A DNA stretch of 48,819 nucleotides from Patescibacteria group bacterium UBA2773. GTDB lineage: Bacteria > Patescibacteriota > Minisyncoccia > Moranbacterales > DUUL01. A program made the position numbers and the translations under genes. Below are positions 9,001-18,994 of the stretch, in pieces. Position 1 is the stretch's first letter; each line of letters opens with the position of its first letter. The notes beneath the pieces were generated by a model that worked only from the letters and a program-made list of their open reading frames with translations, was not told the DNA's origin and made no database searches. Location of the stretch: the NCBI GenBank assembly GCA_002352465.1, contig DEIN01000002.1, forward strand, positions 1-48,819, read 5' to 3'.

Positions 9001-10011
9001 ATGAAAGAAAAGATTGCAATTTTATCAATAGTTGTAAATGCTTTGCTAGCTGGAGGCAAAATTTTTGTCGGTATTTTTTCTAATTCGGCTGCGATTTTAG
9101 CCGCTGGGATTGATTCTTTTGTTGATATATTTTCTTCGTTGATAAGTTACGTGAGTATAAAAATGTCAGGAAAACCAGCTGATAAGAAGCATCCTTACGG
9201 ACATTATAAATTTGAAGTTTTAGGGGGCGTATTGATTATGTTGATTATTCTGGCGACAGGAATTGGCATTGTCTATGATGCGTTTATTAATTTTTTCAAA
9301 CCGGCTGAAATTAAAATTGGTTATTTAGCTTTCGGAGTAATGATTGTTTCTAGTGTCGTGAATGAGATAATGGCCAGAGTTAAAACTTATTATGGTAAAA
9401 AAGAAAATTCGCTAAGTTTGCTTTCTGACGGAGTGCATTCGAAGTTGGATGTCTATACGTCTTTAGCAATTTTGGGCGGTTTGTTTTTGACCCCTTATTG
9501 GATTTATGCTGATTCACTTTTGGCAATTTTGATGGGATTGTATATAACCAAAGAAGCTATTTCAATTGGGAAAGAATCGATGGGCTCTTTGTTGGATGTT
9601 TCGGCGGGAGAAGAAATTGAAAATAAAATTAAATCAATTGCTAAAAAGGAAAAAATTGAAGTGATGAGTATTAAGACCCAGAAAAAAGGTTCAGCTGTGA
9701 CAGCTAATTTGGAAATAAAACTAGCAAGCAATTTAAAAATAAAGGAAGCTACTCAAATTTCTGATACCTTAAGAGAGAAATTGATAGAAGGAATTGAAAG
9801 TTTGCAATATGTGGTGATTCAGATTGTTAGCCACGAAATTGAAAGTAGTTTCTATCAGCCTGCTTTCGGAAAAAGTTTTAGTTGGCAAGGTAAGGGACCA
9901 GATGGCAAGTGTATTTGTCCTAAATGCGGTTATAAAATTCCCCACCAAACAGGAATTCCTTGTATGGATTTAAAATGTCCTAAATGTAAGGTTAATTTAG
10001 AACGAGAGTAA
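9001..10011 (+). CDS. Cation diffusion facilitator with C-terminal Cys-rich domain
   Basis: PADKKHPYGHYKFE, HSKLD, six TM helices; tail CICPKCG...PC...KCPKC. Confidence 0.9.
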   Translation: MKEKIAILSIVVNALLAGGKIFVGIFSNSAAILAAGIDSFVDIFSSLISYVSIKMSGKPADKKHPYGHYKFEVLGGVLIMLIILATGIGIVYDAFINFFKPAEIKIGYLAFGVMIVSSVVNEIMARVKTYYGKKENSLSLLSDGVHSKLDVYTSLAILGGLFLTPYWIYADSLLAILMGLYITKEAISIGKESMGSLLDVSAGEEIENKIKSIAKKEKIEVMSIKTQKKGSAVTANLEIKLASNLKIKEATQISDTLREKLIEGIESLQYVVIQIVSHEIESSFYQPAFGKSFSWQGKGPDGKCICPKCGYKIPHQTGIPCMDLKCPKCKVNLERE

Positions 10012-10074
10012 TGATAAAATATCAAAAACCAAAACAGTTTATTGCAATTTTTTATTTCGTCAAATTTAAATAGA

Positions 10075-10100
10075 AAAGTGACTCTTAGGATCACTTTTTT
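10075..10100 (+). terminator. Intrinsic terminator
   Basis: AAAAGTGA...TCACTTTTTT. Confidence 0.55.
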
Positions 10101-10181
10101 AGTTTTTACTTTTAAAAAATTTAGTGTTTGATAAAAGGTGATTTTTTTGCTATTATTACGAATAATAGATTATTTAAAACT

Positions 10182-10493
10182 ATGAACGAAATAATTATTG
10201 CTTTTGGAATTTTGTTCATTCTAATTGTCTTGTTAGTTTTTTTGGCAGTTAGACGATGGCTTTATTCGTGGGAGGGCGTGTTGAAAGAAAAAATTATTAG
10301 AGAAAAACGTAGTAGCAATATTGATGATAGTGATTATTCTCCAGAATTTAATCGAAAACTTATTTTAATTTTTGAAACGCCTGAGGGTAAAATAATTAAA
10401 TTAAAAGTTAATTCAAGACGATTTAATTCTGTTGTCGTTGGTGACCGATGTGTAAAATTAAGAAAATCTTGGAAGTTTAAAAAACGGGGTTAG
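10182..10493 (+). CDS. Small membrane-anchored hypothetical protein
   Basis: N-terminal TM helix followed by a beta-rich domain. Confidence 0.6.
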   Translation: MNEIIIAFGILFILIVLLVFLAVRRWLYSWEGVLKEKIIREKRSSNIDDSDYSPEFNRKLILIFETPEGKIIKLKVNSRRFNSVVVGDRCVKLRKSWKFKKRG

Positions 10494-10625
10494 CAATTAA
10501 ATTTAATTGGAAAATTTGTTAATATTTTTCAAAAAAGGATTTTGCATTTAGACTAAAATTAAAGGCTTATTTAAGCCTTTTCGAGTTTTAAAAAAGGCTA
10601 AATTGATTTTTAAAACAATTCAGCA

Positions 10626-10654
10626 TTGACACAGTCTGAAATTTGTGTTATGGT
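10626..10654 (+). promoter_or_regulatory. Sigma70 promoter with extended -10
   Basis: TTGACA-17 nt-TATGGT preceded by TG. Confidence 0.6.
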
Positions 10655-10769
10655 TGAAAGAGTTAAAAAATAATTAATTTGTATCCAAAGGCCGTTTTTT
10701 AAAGGATTTTTTAGTAAAAATTATTTAAAAAATTATTTAAAAAATAGTCTTGTTAATCTGATTTTAAAA

Positions 10770-11819
10770 ATGAATAGTATCAAAAAAGAGTCTATCAATG
10801 AGATTTCAGAGTTTTTGTTGAAAAAAGTCAACAAACGATCAGCTGATGTTTTATCAGCTAGGTTTGGTTTGGCTGAAGAAAAAAAGCAATCTTTGAGCAA
10901 AATTGGTAAACAACTAAAAATTACTCGAGAACGAGTTCGACAAATTGAAGCCAGTGCTTTGAAACAGCTGAAGAAATCTAAGAAAAATGAGGATTTCGAT
11001 TTAATGTTGGAAAAAATTGAAAAAATCATTGAAAATAATGGTGGCTTGGCGATAGGAAATGTGATTAGCGAATCTTTGGTTTTTAATTTGGATCAAATTG
11101 ATAAAAACAAATTGATGTTAATTTTAAATTGCAGTTCAAAATTGGTTTTTAATAAAGCCACTCTTAAAAATCATAGTTTTTGGGTGTTTAAAAATGGAAT
11201 TGATAAAAAGAGTATTAATGAAGTTGATCAATTTGTGATTAATCAGTTGAATGAAATTAAAAAATCAATTAAACTTAAAGATATAAAGAAGTTAATTTTT
11301 GAATCTGAATGGAGCGAATTGTTTTCTGATGAAACGGGCGATAAAAAGTTGACAATGTTCTTGCTAATCGATAAGCAGTTGAAACGAAATTTATTGGGAG
11401 AATGGGGTATTAAAAATTGGCGATCAGTTTCCGAAAGAGGCAACAAGGAAAAAGCTTATTTGGTTTTGAAAAAGAAAAATAAACCACTTCATTTTACACA
11501 CATTACTGATAATATCAATATTTATTGGGCTTATAAAAGATCACTTCCGCAAACTGTTCACAACGAATTAATCAAAGATGATCGTTTTGTTTTGGTGGGT
11601 CGGGGCGTTTATGGTTTGAGCGAATGGGGATTGAAAGGCGGAACGGTTCGAGAAATAATTGTTAGTTTGTTTAAAGAAAGGAAGAATCATCTTTCAATTG
11701 ATGAAATTGTGGAATATGTTTTTAGTCGAAAAGAAGTCAAGCGAACGACAATTTTAGTTAATTTAGCTAATCAAAATTATTTTATTAAAAATGGTGAAGG
11801 CAAATATTTGTTAAAATAA
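10770..11819 (+). CDS. Sigma70 region-4 HTH plus HARE-HTH (RNAP delta-like) protein
   Basis: ITRERVRQIE; QTVHNELIKDDRFVLVGRGVYGLSEWG. Confidence 0.85.
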   Translation: MNSIKKESINEISEFLLKKVNKRSADVLSARFGLAEEKKQSLSKIGKQLKITRERVRQIEASALKQLKKSKKNEDFDLMLEKIEKIIENNGGLAIGNVISESLVFNLDQIDKNKLMLILNCSSKLVFNKATLKNHSFWVFKNGIDKKSINEVDQFVINQLNEIKKSIKLKDIKKLIFESEWSELFSDETGDKKLTMFLLIDKQLKRNLLGEWGIKNWRSVSERGNKEKAYLVLKKKNKPLHFTHITDNINIYWAYKRSLPQTVHNELIKDDRFVLVGRGVYGLSEWGLKGGTVREIIVSLFKERKNHLSIDEIVEYVFSRKEVKRTTILVNLANQNYFIKNGEGKYLLK

Positions 11820-11825
11820 ATTTTA

Positions 11826-11975
11826 AAAGGATGCAAGATACGAGGACGCCCGCTTTTTTCAAAACTGTTTGTCGGTAGGCAGGGATACGTCGAGACAAAT
11901 AGGAAACAAATTTTCGAAGATTATCCTTTTGGGGCAAATTAAAAATTAAAAATTAAAAACAAAAAATTAAAAACA
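11826..11975. repeat. Degenerate left arm of the palindromic element with nested repeat debris (copy B)
   Basis: AAGGATGCAAGATACGAGGAC...CAAATTAAAAATTAAAAATT; no right arm. Confidence 0.45.
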
Positions 11976-12031
11976 ATCGATTAATATGATTGAAGAAAAT
12001 AAAAAAACATTAACCCTTAAATAAAAATAAA

Positions 12032-13318
12032 ATGGGGGTTTTTAATAAAAATCCAGATAAAGAATATTATTATTTTTTGTATTTTCTAATAGCCTTAGGA
12101 ATTCTTTTGGCTGTTGCGGTCTATATTTTCATTAGTTCTGGTGATTATGAAGCCTTGAGTGATGCTTGGCGAATTATTAAAAGCGCTTGGTGGTTTATGC
12201 TTCCTGTTCCAATTTGGGCTCTTTATGATCGAGTTTGGGGAGAGTATCGCTGGACGACTTTCAGAGGAGGAAAAAGTAGCGATTATGTTTGGCTTCAAAT
12301 CATTCCGCCGGCGGGGATTGAAAAAAGTCCAAAAAGCATGGAAAGCGTTTTCACTGGGCTACATACTTGGAGTAAACCAAATTTTTTTGAAACTTATTGT
12401 GGTTGGCGAGTGGGTCAAGATCGTTTTTCTTGCGACATTGTGGGAGATGGAGAACATGGAGTGCGATTTTTCTTCAAATGCCCCAAAATGGGGAGAGATT
12501 TATTTGAATCTTTAATTTACGCTCAATATCCCGAAGCGGAAATTAGAGAAGGAGAGGATTACACTAAAGATGCTCCAAAAAATATTCCTAATAAAGATTG
12601 GGATGTTTGGGGTTCTGTTCTGAAACTTTTGAAAGAAGATTGCGTACCAATTAGATCGCATCGGGAGTTCAAAGATGATATCACTGGGGAAGCTATCGAT
12701 CCTTTAGCCTCGATGGTCGAAGTGATGAACAAACTGGGTAAAGATGAAAGAATTTGGTTTCAGATTATTTTTAGTCCTAAGAATGAACCTGATTGGGTTC
12801 CTCAAGCCAATGTGGCAATGAAAAAAATTATTGAAGATTTTTTGGCTGAAAGTGGTGGTGATCCAGAGGAGGGTTTTAATATTAACAAGCTTCCTCCAGG
12901 AGAACAAGATGTAGTAAAAGCTATCAAAAACAGTTTGGCTCGAGTGGCCTATAAAACCACTTTGCGGTTTGTCTATATTGGAAAGCGAAATTCTTTCAAT
13001 AAAGCCACTGGGGTGGGAGGTTTTATGGGTTCATTAAAACAATTTAATGATAATAATTTAAATTCTTTTGTTCCAGATAATCGAACTAAAACTTTTGCTA
13101 ATTATCATTTTCAAGCTACTCGTTTGCAATATCGACAACGAAAAATCGTTAATGATTATCGAGGAATTGATCGAGCTGGAATTTCCTATATTTTAACTGC
13201 TGAAGAACTAGCCACTCTCTATCATTTTCCAACAATGAATGTTGTTTCCGGAGCGCTTAATCGAATTGAGGCTAAAAAAGGTGAAGCTCCGTCTAATCTG
13301 CCTTTTGAAGAAAGTTAA
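12032..13318 (+). CDS. CPR-type conserved membrane protein, usual neighbour of VirD4/HerA-like ATPases
   Basis: IYAQYPEAEI...EDY, EELATLYHFP, APSNLP C-terminus. Confidence 0.8.
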   Translation: MGVFNKNPDKEYYYFLYFLIALGILLAVAVYIFISSGDYEALSDAWRIIKSAWWFMLPVPIWALYDRVWGEYRWTTFRGGKSSDYVWLQIIPPAGIEKSPKSMESVFTGLHTWSKPNFFETYCGWRVGQDRFSCDIVGDGEHGVRFFFKCPKMGRDLFESLIYAQYPEAEIREGEDYTKDAPKNIPNKDWDVWGSVLKLLKEDCVPIRSHREFKDDITGEAIDPLASMVEVMNKLGKDERIWFQIIFSPKNEPDWVPQANVAMKKIIEDFLAESGGDPEEGFNINKLPPGEQDVVKAIKNSLARVAYKTTLRFVYIGKRNSFNKATGVGGFMGSLKQFNDNNLNSFVPDNRTKTFANYHFQATRLQYRQRKIVNDYRGIDRAGISYILTAEELATLYHFPTMNVVSGALNRIEAKKGEAPSNLPFEES

Positions 13319-13322
13319 TTTG

Positions 13323-13722
13323 AAGGACGTAAGACAAGGACAACCGCTTTCGCTAATGCTATGGCGAGTCAAGCAAGAAACAAATAAATTAAGTCAGAAA
13401 GGACACAAGATACAAGGACACAAGAAGCAAGTAAATTAAAAATCTCAAATTAAAAATTCAAAACAGACCGAAAAGGCTTTTACCCATAGATTAAGAATTT
13501 CCAGAAAAGAAGCTAAAGAAACTAGATATTGGTTAGAATTAATAACTGAAGTTAATCTGGAAATAAAACCAAAACTCAAAGATCTAAAACAAGAAAATTA
13601 AGAATTAATAAGTATTTTATCAGCGATTATTTCTAAAACTGAAAAAATAAGAAATAAAAAGTTTGAAATTTTTAATTTATAATTTGAGATTTGTTTGTTT
13701 CTTGTGTGCTTGTATCTTTTAT
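13323..13722. mobile_element. Palindromic element copy C enclosing a four-helix-bundle gene remnant
   Basis: Same arms as copies A, D-G (left arm duplicated) around coding debris. Confidence 0.75.
13470..13650 (+). pseudogene. Four helix bundle protein (TIGR02436 / 23S rRNA IVP family), C-terminal half
   Basis: FTHRLRISRKEAKETRYWLELI...KQEN*ELISILSAIISKT; internal stop 13599-13601; N-terminus missing. Confidence 0.8.
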
Positions 13723-13782
13723 TTCAAACTATTTATTTTTCGATTATACTATATATAATATCTAATTTTAAATATCGTCAAA

Positions 13783-15576
13783 GTGGTTAATCAAATTAAT
13801 TTTTTCGCCAAAACTAATTTTAGAAATTCCGAAAAAACCTTTGGAATCAAAATCGATGATCGACGTCGGCATGTTTATGTTGTCGGAAAAACAGGAATGG
13901 GAAAAACTAATTTAGTTCAAAATATGGCTATTCAGGATATTCAAAATGGAAGTGGAGTGGCGATTGTTGATCCGCATGGTGAATTTGCTGAAGAATGCTT
14001 GAAGGCGGTTCCAGCTGAAAGAATAAATGATGTTATTTATTTTAATCCAGCCGACACGGAATTTCCGATTGCGATGAATGTGATGGAACAAGTGGATTCG
14101 TCGTATCGACCTTTAATTGCTTCTGGTTTGGTGGGAGTTTTTAAGAAAATTTGGGCGGATTCTTGGGGTCCTCGATTGGAATATCTTTTGCGAAATGCAA
14201 TTTTGGCATTACTTGAATATCCAGGCGCGACGTTGTTGGGCGTGACCAGAATTATGATTGACAAAAAATATCGAGAAACCATTATGGACAAGGTGACTGA
14301 TCCTGTTATAAAATCTTTTTGGGAAGAAGAATTTGCTCAGTATAATCAAAATTTTGCAGTGGAAGCGATTGCACCAATCCAAAACAAGGTCGGGCAATTT
14401 TTATCTAGCGCTTTGATTCGAAATATTGTGGGACAAGAAAAATCAGCTTTTTCGATGCGGGACATTATGGATAATCAGAAAATCATTATTATGAATTTGT
14501 CTAAAGGTCGGATTGGAGAAGACAATAGTGCTTTATTAGGGGCAATGATGATTACCAAGATTCAGCTTTCAGCGATGGAGCGAGTTGATATTCCAGAAGA
14601 AGATCGAAAAGATTTTTATCTTTATGTGGATGAGTTCCAAAATTTTGCTACTGAATCATTCGCTAATATTTTATCAGAAGCTAGAAAATATCGTTTGAGT
14701 TTAATTTTAGCTCATCAATATATTGCTCAACTAGAAGAACCAGTTCGAGATGCGGTGATGGGAAATGTTGGAACAATGATGACTTTCCGGGTTGGAGCAG
14801 CCGATGCTGAATATTTAGAAAAAGAATTTGATCCAATTTTTTATGCCAATGATTTAGTGAATTTAGCTAAATACAATATTTATTTAAAGCTAATGATTGA
14901 CGGAGTGGCCACTACTCCTTTTTCGGCTGTCACCCTTCCGCCGATTGAACTTGGCGACAAACAAGTTGATATTAAAAAAATTATTAACACTTCTCGGGAG
15001 AAATATGCTTCACCTCGAGAGGAGGTTGAAAAGAAAATCAATGAATGGAGTGGACATATGGATGTGCAGGCCAAAGCGAAGGTGACTCAATTTGCTAGCA
15101 AGGTTTTTGAAAATAAAAAGACTACACCAACAGTAGAAAGAAAAATTGAAGTTAAAAAACCAATTGATAATTCAAAAATTTCTGAGAAAAAAGATTTAGT
15201 GGTTCCAGAAAATTCCAGCCAAGAGGCAATTGAGAAAAAACCGCCAGTAGAATTATTTAATGCTCAATGTTCAGCTTGTGGAGCGGAAATAAAAGTACCT
15301 TTTAAACCTGATGGAAAACGGCCAGTTTTTTGTTCGGATTGTCTCAGAGAATTTAGACGACAACAAAGTAAATTGCAACAAGATATTCAACCAATCTCAA
15401 AATCAACGGTTAAAATAGAAACAAAGAAAAAAATAGCAGAAAAAGTTGAAAAAACTGAGAAAGTGGAGAAAATTGAGAAAGTTGAGAAAAAAAATAATAA
15501 AATTAAAAAAGATGATTCTTCTAGTTTGAAAAATATGATAGAAAAAGCCTTGGAAGATAAAAAAAATAATTCATAA
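13783..15576 (+). CDS. VirD4/TraD/HerA-like ATPase with C-terminal CxxC-x17-CxxC domain
   Basis: GKTGMGKT, DPHGE, LYVDEFQNF, SEARKY; CSACG...PFKPDGKRPVFCSDC. Confidence 0.9.
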   Translation: MVNQINFFAKTNFRNSEKTFGIKIDDRRRHVYVVGKTGMGKTNLVQNMAIQDIQNGSGVAIVDPHGEFAEECLKAVPAERINDVIYFNPADTEFPIAMNVMEQVDSSYRPLIASGLVGVFKKIWADSWGPRLEYLLRNAILALLEYPGATLLGVTRIMIDKKYRETIMDKVTDPVIKSFWEEEFAQYNQNFAVEAIAPIQNKVGQFLSSALIRNIVGQEKSAFSMRDIMDNQKIIIMNLSKGRIGEDNSALLGAMMITKIQLSAMERVDIPEEDRKDFYLYVDEFQNFATESFANILSEARKYRLSLILAHQYIAQLEEPVRDAVMGNVGTMMTFRVGAADAEYLEKEFDPIFYANDLVNLAKYNIYLKLMIDGVATTPFSAVTLPPIELGDKQVDIKKIINTSREKYASPREEVEKKINEWSGHMDVQAKAKVTQFASKVFENKKTTPTVERKIEVKKPIDNSKISEKKDLVVPENSSQEAIEKKPPVELFNAQCSACGAEIKVPFKPDGKRPVFCSDCLREFRRQQSKLQQDIQPISKSTVKIETKKKIAEKVEKTEKVEKIEKVEKKNNKIKKDDSSSLKNMIEKALEDKKNNS

Positions 15577-15586
15577 AATATCAAAA

Positions 15587-16495
15587 ATGAAATTAAAACA
15601 AAAAATAATTTTTGGATTATTCGGATTATTTTTTTGGATTTCAAATGTTTCGGCTCAAAGTCTGGAAAATATTCCTGGTCAAACTCCTGTTGGTGAAGGT
15701 GACTTAATTGGTTTTTTAAACAATCTTTATAAATTCGGAATTTCGATTACTGGAATTTTGGCGATTTTTATGATTGGCGTCGGGGCTTTTGCTTATATTG
15801 TCACTTCGGTTGGAAATTCTTCCAAAATGATTGACGCTAAAGAAAAAATTCAAAATGCTTTAATTGGCCTAGTAATAGTTTTAACGGCGTATCTTTTTCT
15901 TTATGTGATTAATCCTGATTTGGTTAATGGAACTTTAACTGCTCCAAAAACTACTATTGATAATATTGTTTTGTCGAATAGTGCTTATGATGGGGTGGAG
16001 TGTAACGATACGGAAGGAACTACGAGGGCAGGGACTTGTCCGACTTGTCCTCTTTGCAGCGAAATTTGTCCAGGGAAGAAATATGGTAAAAATGAGCATG
16101 TTTATTGTGGTGAAAATCCAGTCGTGACGGCGAAGAAAGCTGCCGCTGCAAAATTAACTCCTGATACGATGGGTTGTTGCGCCTATAGTTTTAGTAAAAA
16201 ATGTGAACCTTTGATATCATATGCCGATTGTTTAGCAAAAGGAACTGCTAAAAATGTTCATTTTACTCCAGGAACAAACGTCACTTGTGGTGTAGAAAAT
16301 AATTATAAAGTTTGTGTCAGTCCGCCGACGCTAGTCGATACTACTGTTGATGGAACAGCTTGTGGTGGTTCAGGCCAACCTCTTTGCGCTGATTGTAAAA
16401 ATGGAAATTATTTCGATGAAGATAAAGTTCAGCATTTTTGTGGTTCGGAATCTTTACCACCTTCGCCCGTAACTCCAGGTGTTCCGAGTAATTAG
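15587..16495 (+). CDS. TrbC/VirB2-like CPR pilin with Cys-rich C-terminal extension
   Basis: Signal peptide, TM hairpin with AKEKIQNALIGL...INPDL, many Cys downstream. Confidence 0.8.
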   Translation: MKLKQKIIFGLFGLFFWISNVSAQSLENIPGQTPVGEGDLIGFLNNLYKFGISITGILAIFMIGVGAFAYIVTSVGNSSKMIDAKEKIQNALIGLVIVLTAYLFLYVINPDLVNGTLTAPKTTIDNIVLSNSAYDGVECNDTEGTTRAGTCPTCPLCSEICPGKKYGKNEHVYCGENPVVTAKKAAAAKLTPDTMGCCAYSFSKKCEPLISYADCLAKGTAKNVHFTPGTNVTCGVENNYKVCVSPPTLVDTTVDGTACGGSGQPLCADCKNGNYFDEDKVQHFCGSESLPPSPVTPGVPSN

Positions 16496-16622
16496 TCAAA
16501 TTTTTTGATTTACCCAAGTTAATTTTCTAGCAAGTATTTTAACGAGAAAAGTTGCAGTAGCTATTGTTTTTTGAGAGTTGCTAGGGTATAATTAATTTTT
16601 TAAATAATTAAAAATAATTAAA

Positions 16623-17396
16623 ATGTCAATTACAATAAAAACTGAACAAGAAATTAAAGATTTAAGGGAGGGAGGGAAAATTCTACGAGAGGCTTTGAAT
16701 GTAGCTAAAGAAAAAGCGTTATCATCAACAGGACAAGTTTCAACAATGGATGTCAATTTGGCAGCTGAAAATTTAATTTTAAGTCGAGGTGGAAAACCAG
16801 CTTTCAAAGGTTATCCAGAGGGAGATCCTAACCCTTTTCCAGCAACAGCTTGTGTTTCTTTGAATGATGAAATTGTTCATGGAATTCCTTCTAAACATCG
16901 GTTAATCAAACCTGGCGATATAGTAAAAATTGACGTAGGAGTTATTTGGAAAGGATTGTTTACTGATGCGGCTATTAGTGTTATTGTTGGCAAAGGAAGT
17001 GAGCGAGCTCAAAAAATTGTTAAAGTGACCAGAGAATGTTTGGAAATTGGTTTAAAGGAAATTAAAGCTGGAAAGAATTTAGGAGATTATGGTCAGGCAG
17101 TGGAACAATTTGTGACTAAAAAAGGTTTTTATGTGGTAGAAGGGTTGGTTGGACATGGTGTGGGATATGAAGTTCATGAAGATCCTCAAATTCCTAATTA
17201 TGGAAGAGCTGGAACTGGAATGAAATGGCGAGAGGGTATGGTGATTGCTTTGGAGCCGATGGTTAATGAATTTAGTAGCGGAATTAAATTAGGTTCGGAT
17301 CAGACTACTTTTTTAACCAGAAAAGGCGGGTTGTCGGCTCATTTTGAAAATACGGTAGCGATAACAAAAAATGGATGTGAGGTTTTAACTAGATAG
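16623..17396 (+). CDS. map: Methionine aminopeptidase type I
   Basis: CVSLNDEIVHGIP, GHGVG..VHEDP, ALEPM, SAHFENT. Confidence 0.97.
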   Translation: MSITIKTEQEIKDLREGGKILREALNVAKEKALSSTGQVSTMDVNLAAENLILSRGGKPAFKGYPEGDPNPFPATACVSLNDEIVHGIPSKHRLIKPGDIVKIDVGVIWKGLFTDAAISVIVGKGSERAQKIVKVTRECLEIGLKEIKAGKNLGDYGQAVEQFVTKKGFYVVEGLVGHGVGYEVHEDPQIPNYGRAGTGMKWREGMVIALEPMVNEFSSGIKLGSDQTTFLTRKGGLSAHFENTVAITKNGCEVLTR

Positions 17397-17404
17397 CTCT
17401 TAAA

Positions 17405-17555
17405 AAGAAACAAGGATGCAAGATACAAGATACAAACAAATCTCAAATTAAAAATTAAAAATCTCAAACTTGAAAAGCCGAAGGCTTTTGTTTGGAATTT
17501 ATAAAATTGAAATTTTTAATTTGTTTGTTTCTTGCGTCCTTGTTTCTTGTATCTT
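17405..17555. repeat. Palindromic element copy D
   Basis: Arms as copy A; centre AAAAGCCGAAGGCTTTT. Confidence 0.85.
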
Positions 17556-17582
17556 CACTTTCTATACTTTATTAACAAACTT

Positions 17583-17966
17583 ATGTATTATCTGGGTATC
17601 GACTGGGGACAAAGCAAATGCGGAATGGCAATTGCCGATCGAGAAAATCGAATTGCCAGTGCTTATAAACAAGTAGCTGAAGCTGATATCTATCAAGAAG
17701 TTTTGAATTTGGTTCAAAGAGAAAAAATTAAAAAAATCATTATTGGTTCTAACGAAAAACTTTTTCAGCGAAAAATTTTTAAATTATTTTTAACAAAAAT
17801 TAAAGAAATAGGAATTCCAATGGTTTTGGAAAATGAGGATTTTTCTACTCAAGTAGCGCAAAGAAACCTGATAGAAGCAAAACAAAAAAATATTGAGCGA
17901 GAAGATGATGTCGAATCGGCTCGAGTTATTTTGCAAAGTTGGTTAGACAATAAAGGCAAGAAGTGA
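17583..17966 (+). CDS. ruvX: YqgF/RuvX family nuclease
   Basis: YLGIDWG...GMAIAD, EDFST, DVESARVILQSWLD; start at ATG 17583. Confidence 0.9.
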   Translation: MYYLGIDWGQSKCGMAIADRENRIASAYKQVAEADIYQEVLNLVQREKIKKIIIGSNEKLFQRKIFKLFLTKIKEIGIPMVLENEDFSTQVAQRNLIEAKQKNIEREDDVESARVILQSWLDNKGKK

Positions 17967-18038
17967 TAAAATTGAATTAATAGAAAATAAACAGGTAATT
18001 TTTGATAGACAATTAATAAAAAAAGTAAAATTAAAAAT

Positions 18039-18815
18039 ATGAAAAATGAAAGTCAGCCTCAATATTCGGTAGTTATTCCGACTTACAATGAAGCTAGCAA
18101 AAAGGATGATATGAAAAATCATTTGAATTCAATTAGAAAATACTTTGAAAACAAAAAATTAAGTTATGAAATTGTCATTGCTTTGGATGGTCCAACTGAT
18201 GAAACAGTAAGTTTAGTTCGAAAACATTCTCGAGACAATAAGAATGTTAGAGTTTTGAATCGTAAAGTCAATCATGGTAAGGGATATACTTTGAGAGAGG
18301 GACTTTTAGCGGCCAAAGGAAAAAGAAGAATGTTTACCGATATGGATGGGGCGACTCGAATAGAAATGCTTGATCGATTGATTCCGGAAATGGATAAAGG
18401 GGCGGATTTAGCAATTGGGTCAAGAGATATGGATGAATCAGAAATAAAGAAACATCAATTTTTTTTAAAAGAGTGGTTGGGAGATGCTGGAAATCTAATG
18501 ATTCAATTTGTTGGTGGTCTTTGGGGAATCAAAGACACTCAGTGTGGATTTAAGCTATTTACTGAAGAATTTATCAAGGACGTTATGCCGAGAACTTTAG
18601 TTAACCGATGGGGAATTGATTTTGAAATTTTAATTATTGGAAAAAAATTGGGTTACACCATGGCTCAAGCGCCAGTAGAATGGGATGATAAAGGTGAAAG
18701 TTTAGTGGGAATAGCTGGGTATTTTATGACTTTAAGAGATTTATTTAAGACTCGTTGGAATGTAATTAGGGGAGCCTATAAGCTCAATAAAAAAATAGAA
18801 AATATTAAAAAATAA
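18039..18815 (+). CDS. GT2 dolichyl-phosphate beta-glucosyltransferase-like protein
   Basis: SVVIPTYNE, NHGKG, FTDMD, DTQCGFKLF. Confidence 0.92.
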   Translation: MKNESQPQYSVVIPTYNEASKKDDMKNHLNSIRKYFENKKLSYEIVIALDGPTDETVSLVRKHSRDNKNVRVLNRKVNHGKGYTLREGLLAAKGKRRMFTDMDGATRIEMLDRLIPEMDKGADLAIGSRDMDESEIKKHQFFLKEWLGDAGNLMIQFVGGLWGIKDTQCGFKLFTEEFIKDVMPRTLVNRWGIDFEILIIGKKLGYTMAQAPVEWDDKGESLVGIAGYFMTLRDLFKTRWNVIRGAYKLNKKIENIKK

Positions 18816-18994
18816 AGCTACCTGTTAGCAGATAAATAAAAAAAATAAAATGCTTCAATCAAATTTTAAATTCGTAAAATTTGTAAATTCCTAAACTTTT
18901 TAGTTTATTCACCTAGTTAAATAGGCTTGCCTAATTTTAAACAAAGTTTAAAATTATTTAACGGGGTAAACTTTATAAACTTTCTAACTAAATT

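Noticed and set aside
13239-13439. Short ORFs with QGHK/VSCVL-type peptides (also 17470-17676, 27852-28106, 45040-45267) and the extended starts of ruvX and rnhB
   Set aside because: Chance translation of the palindromic element arms.
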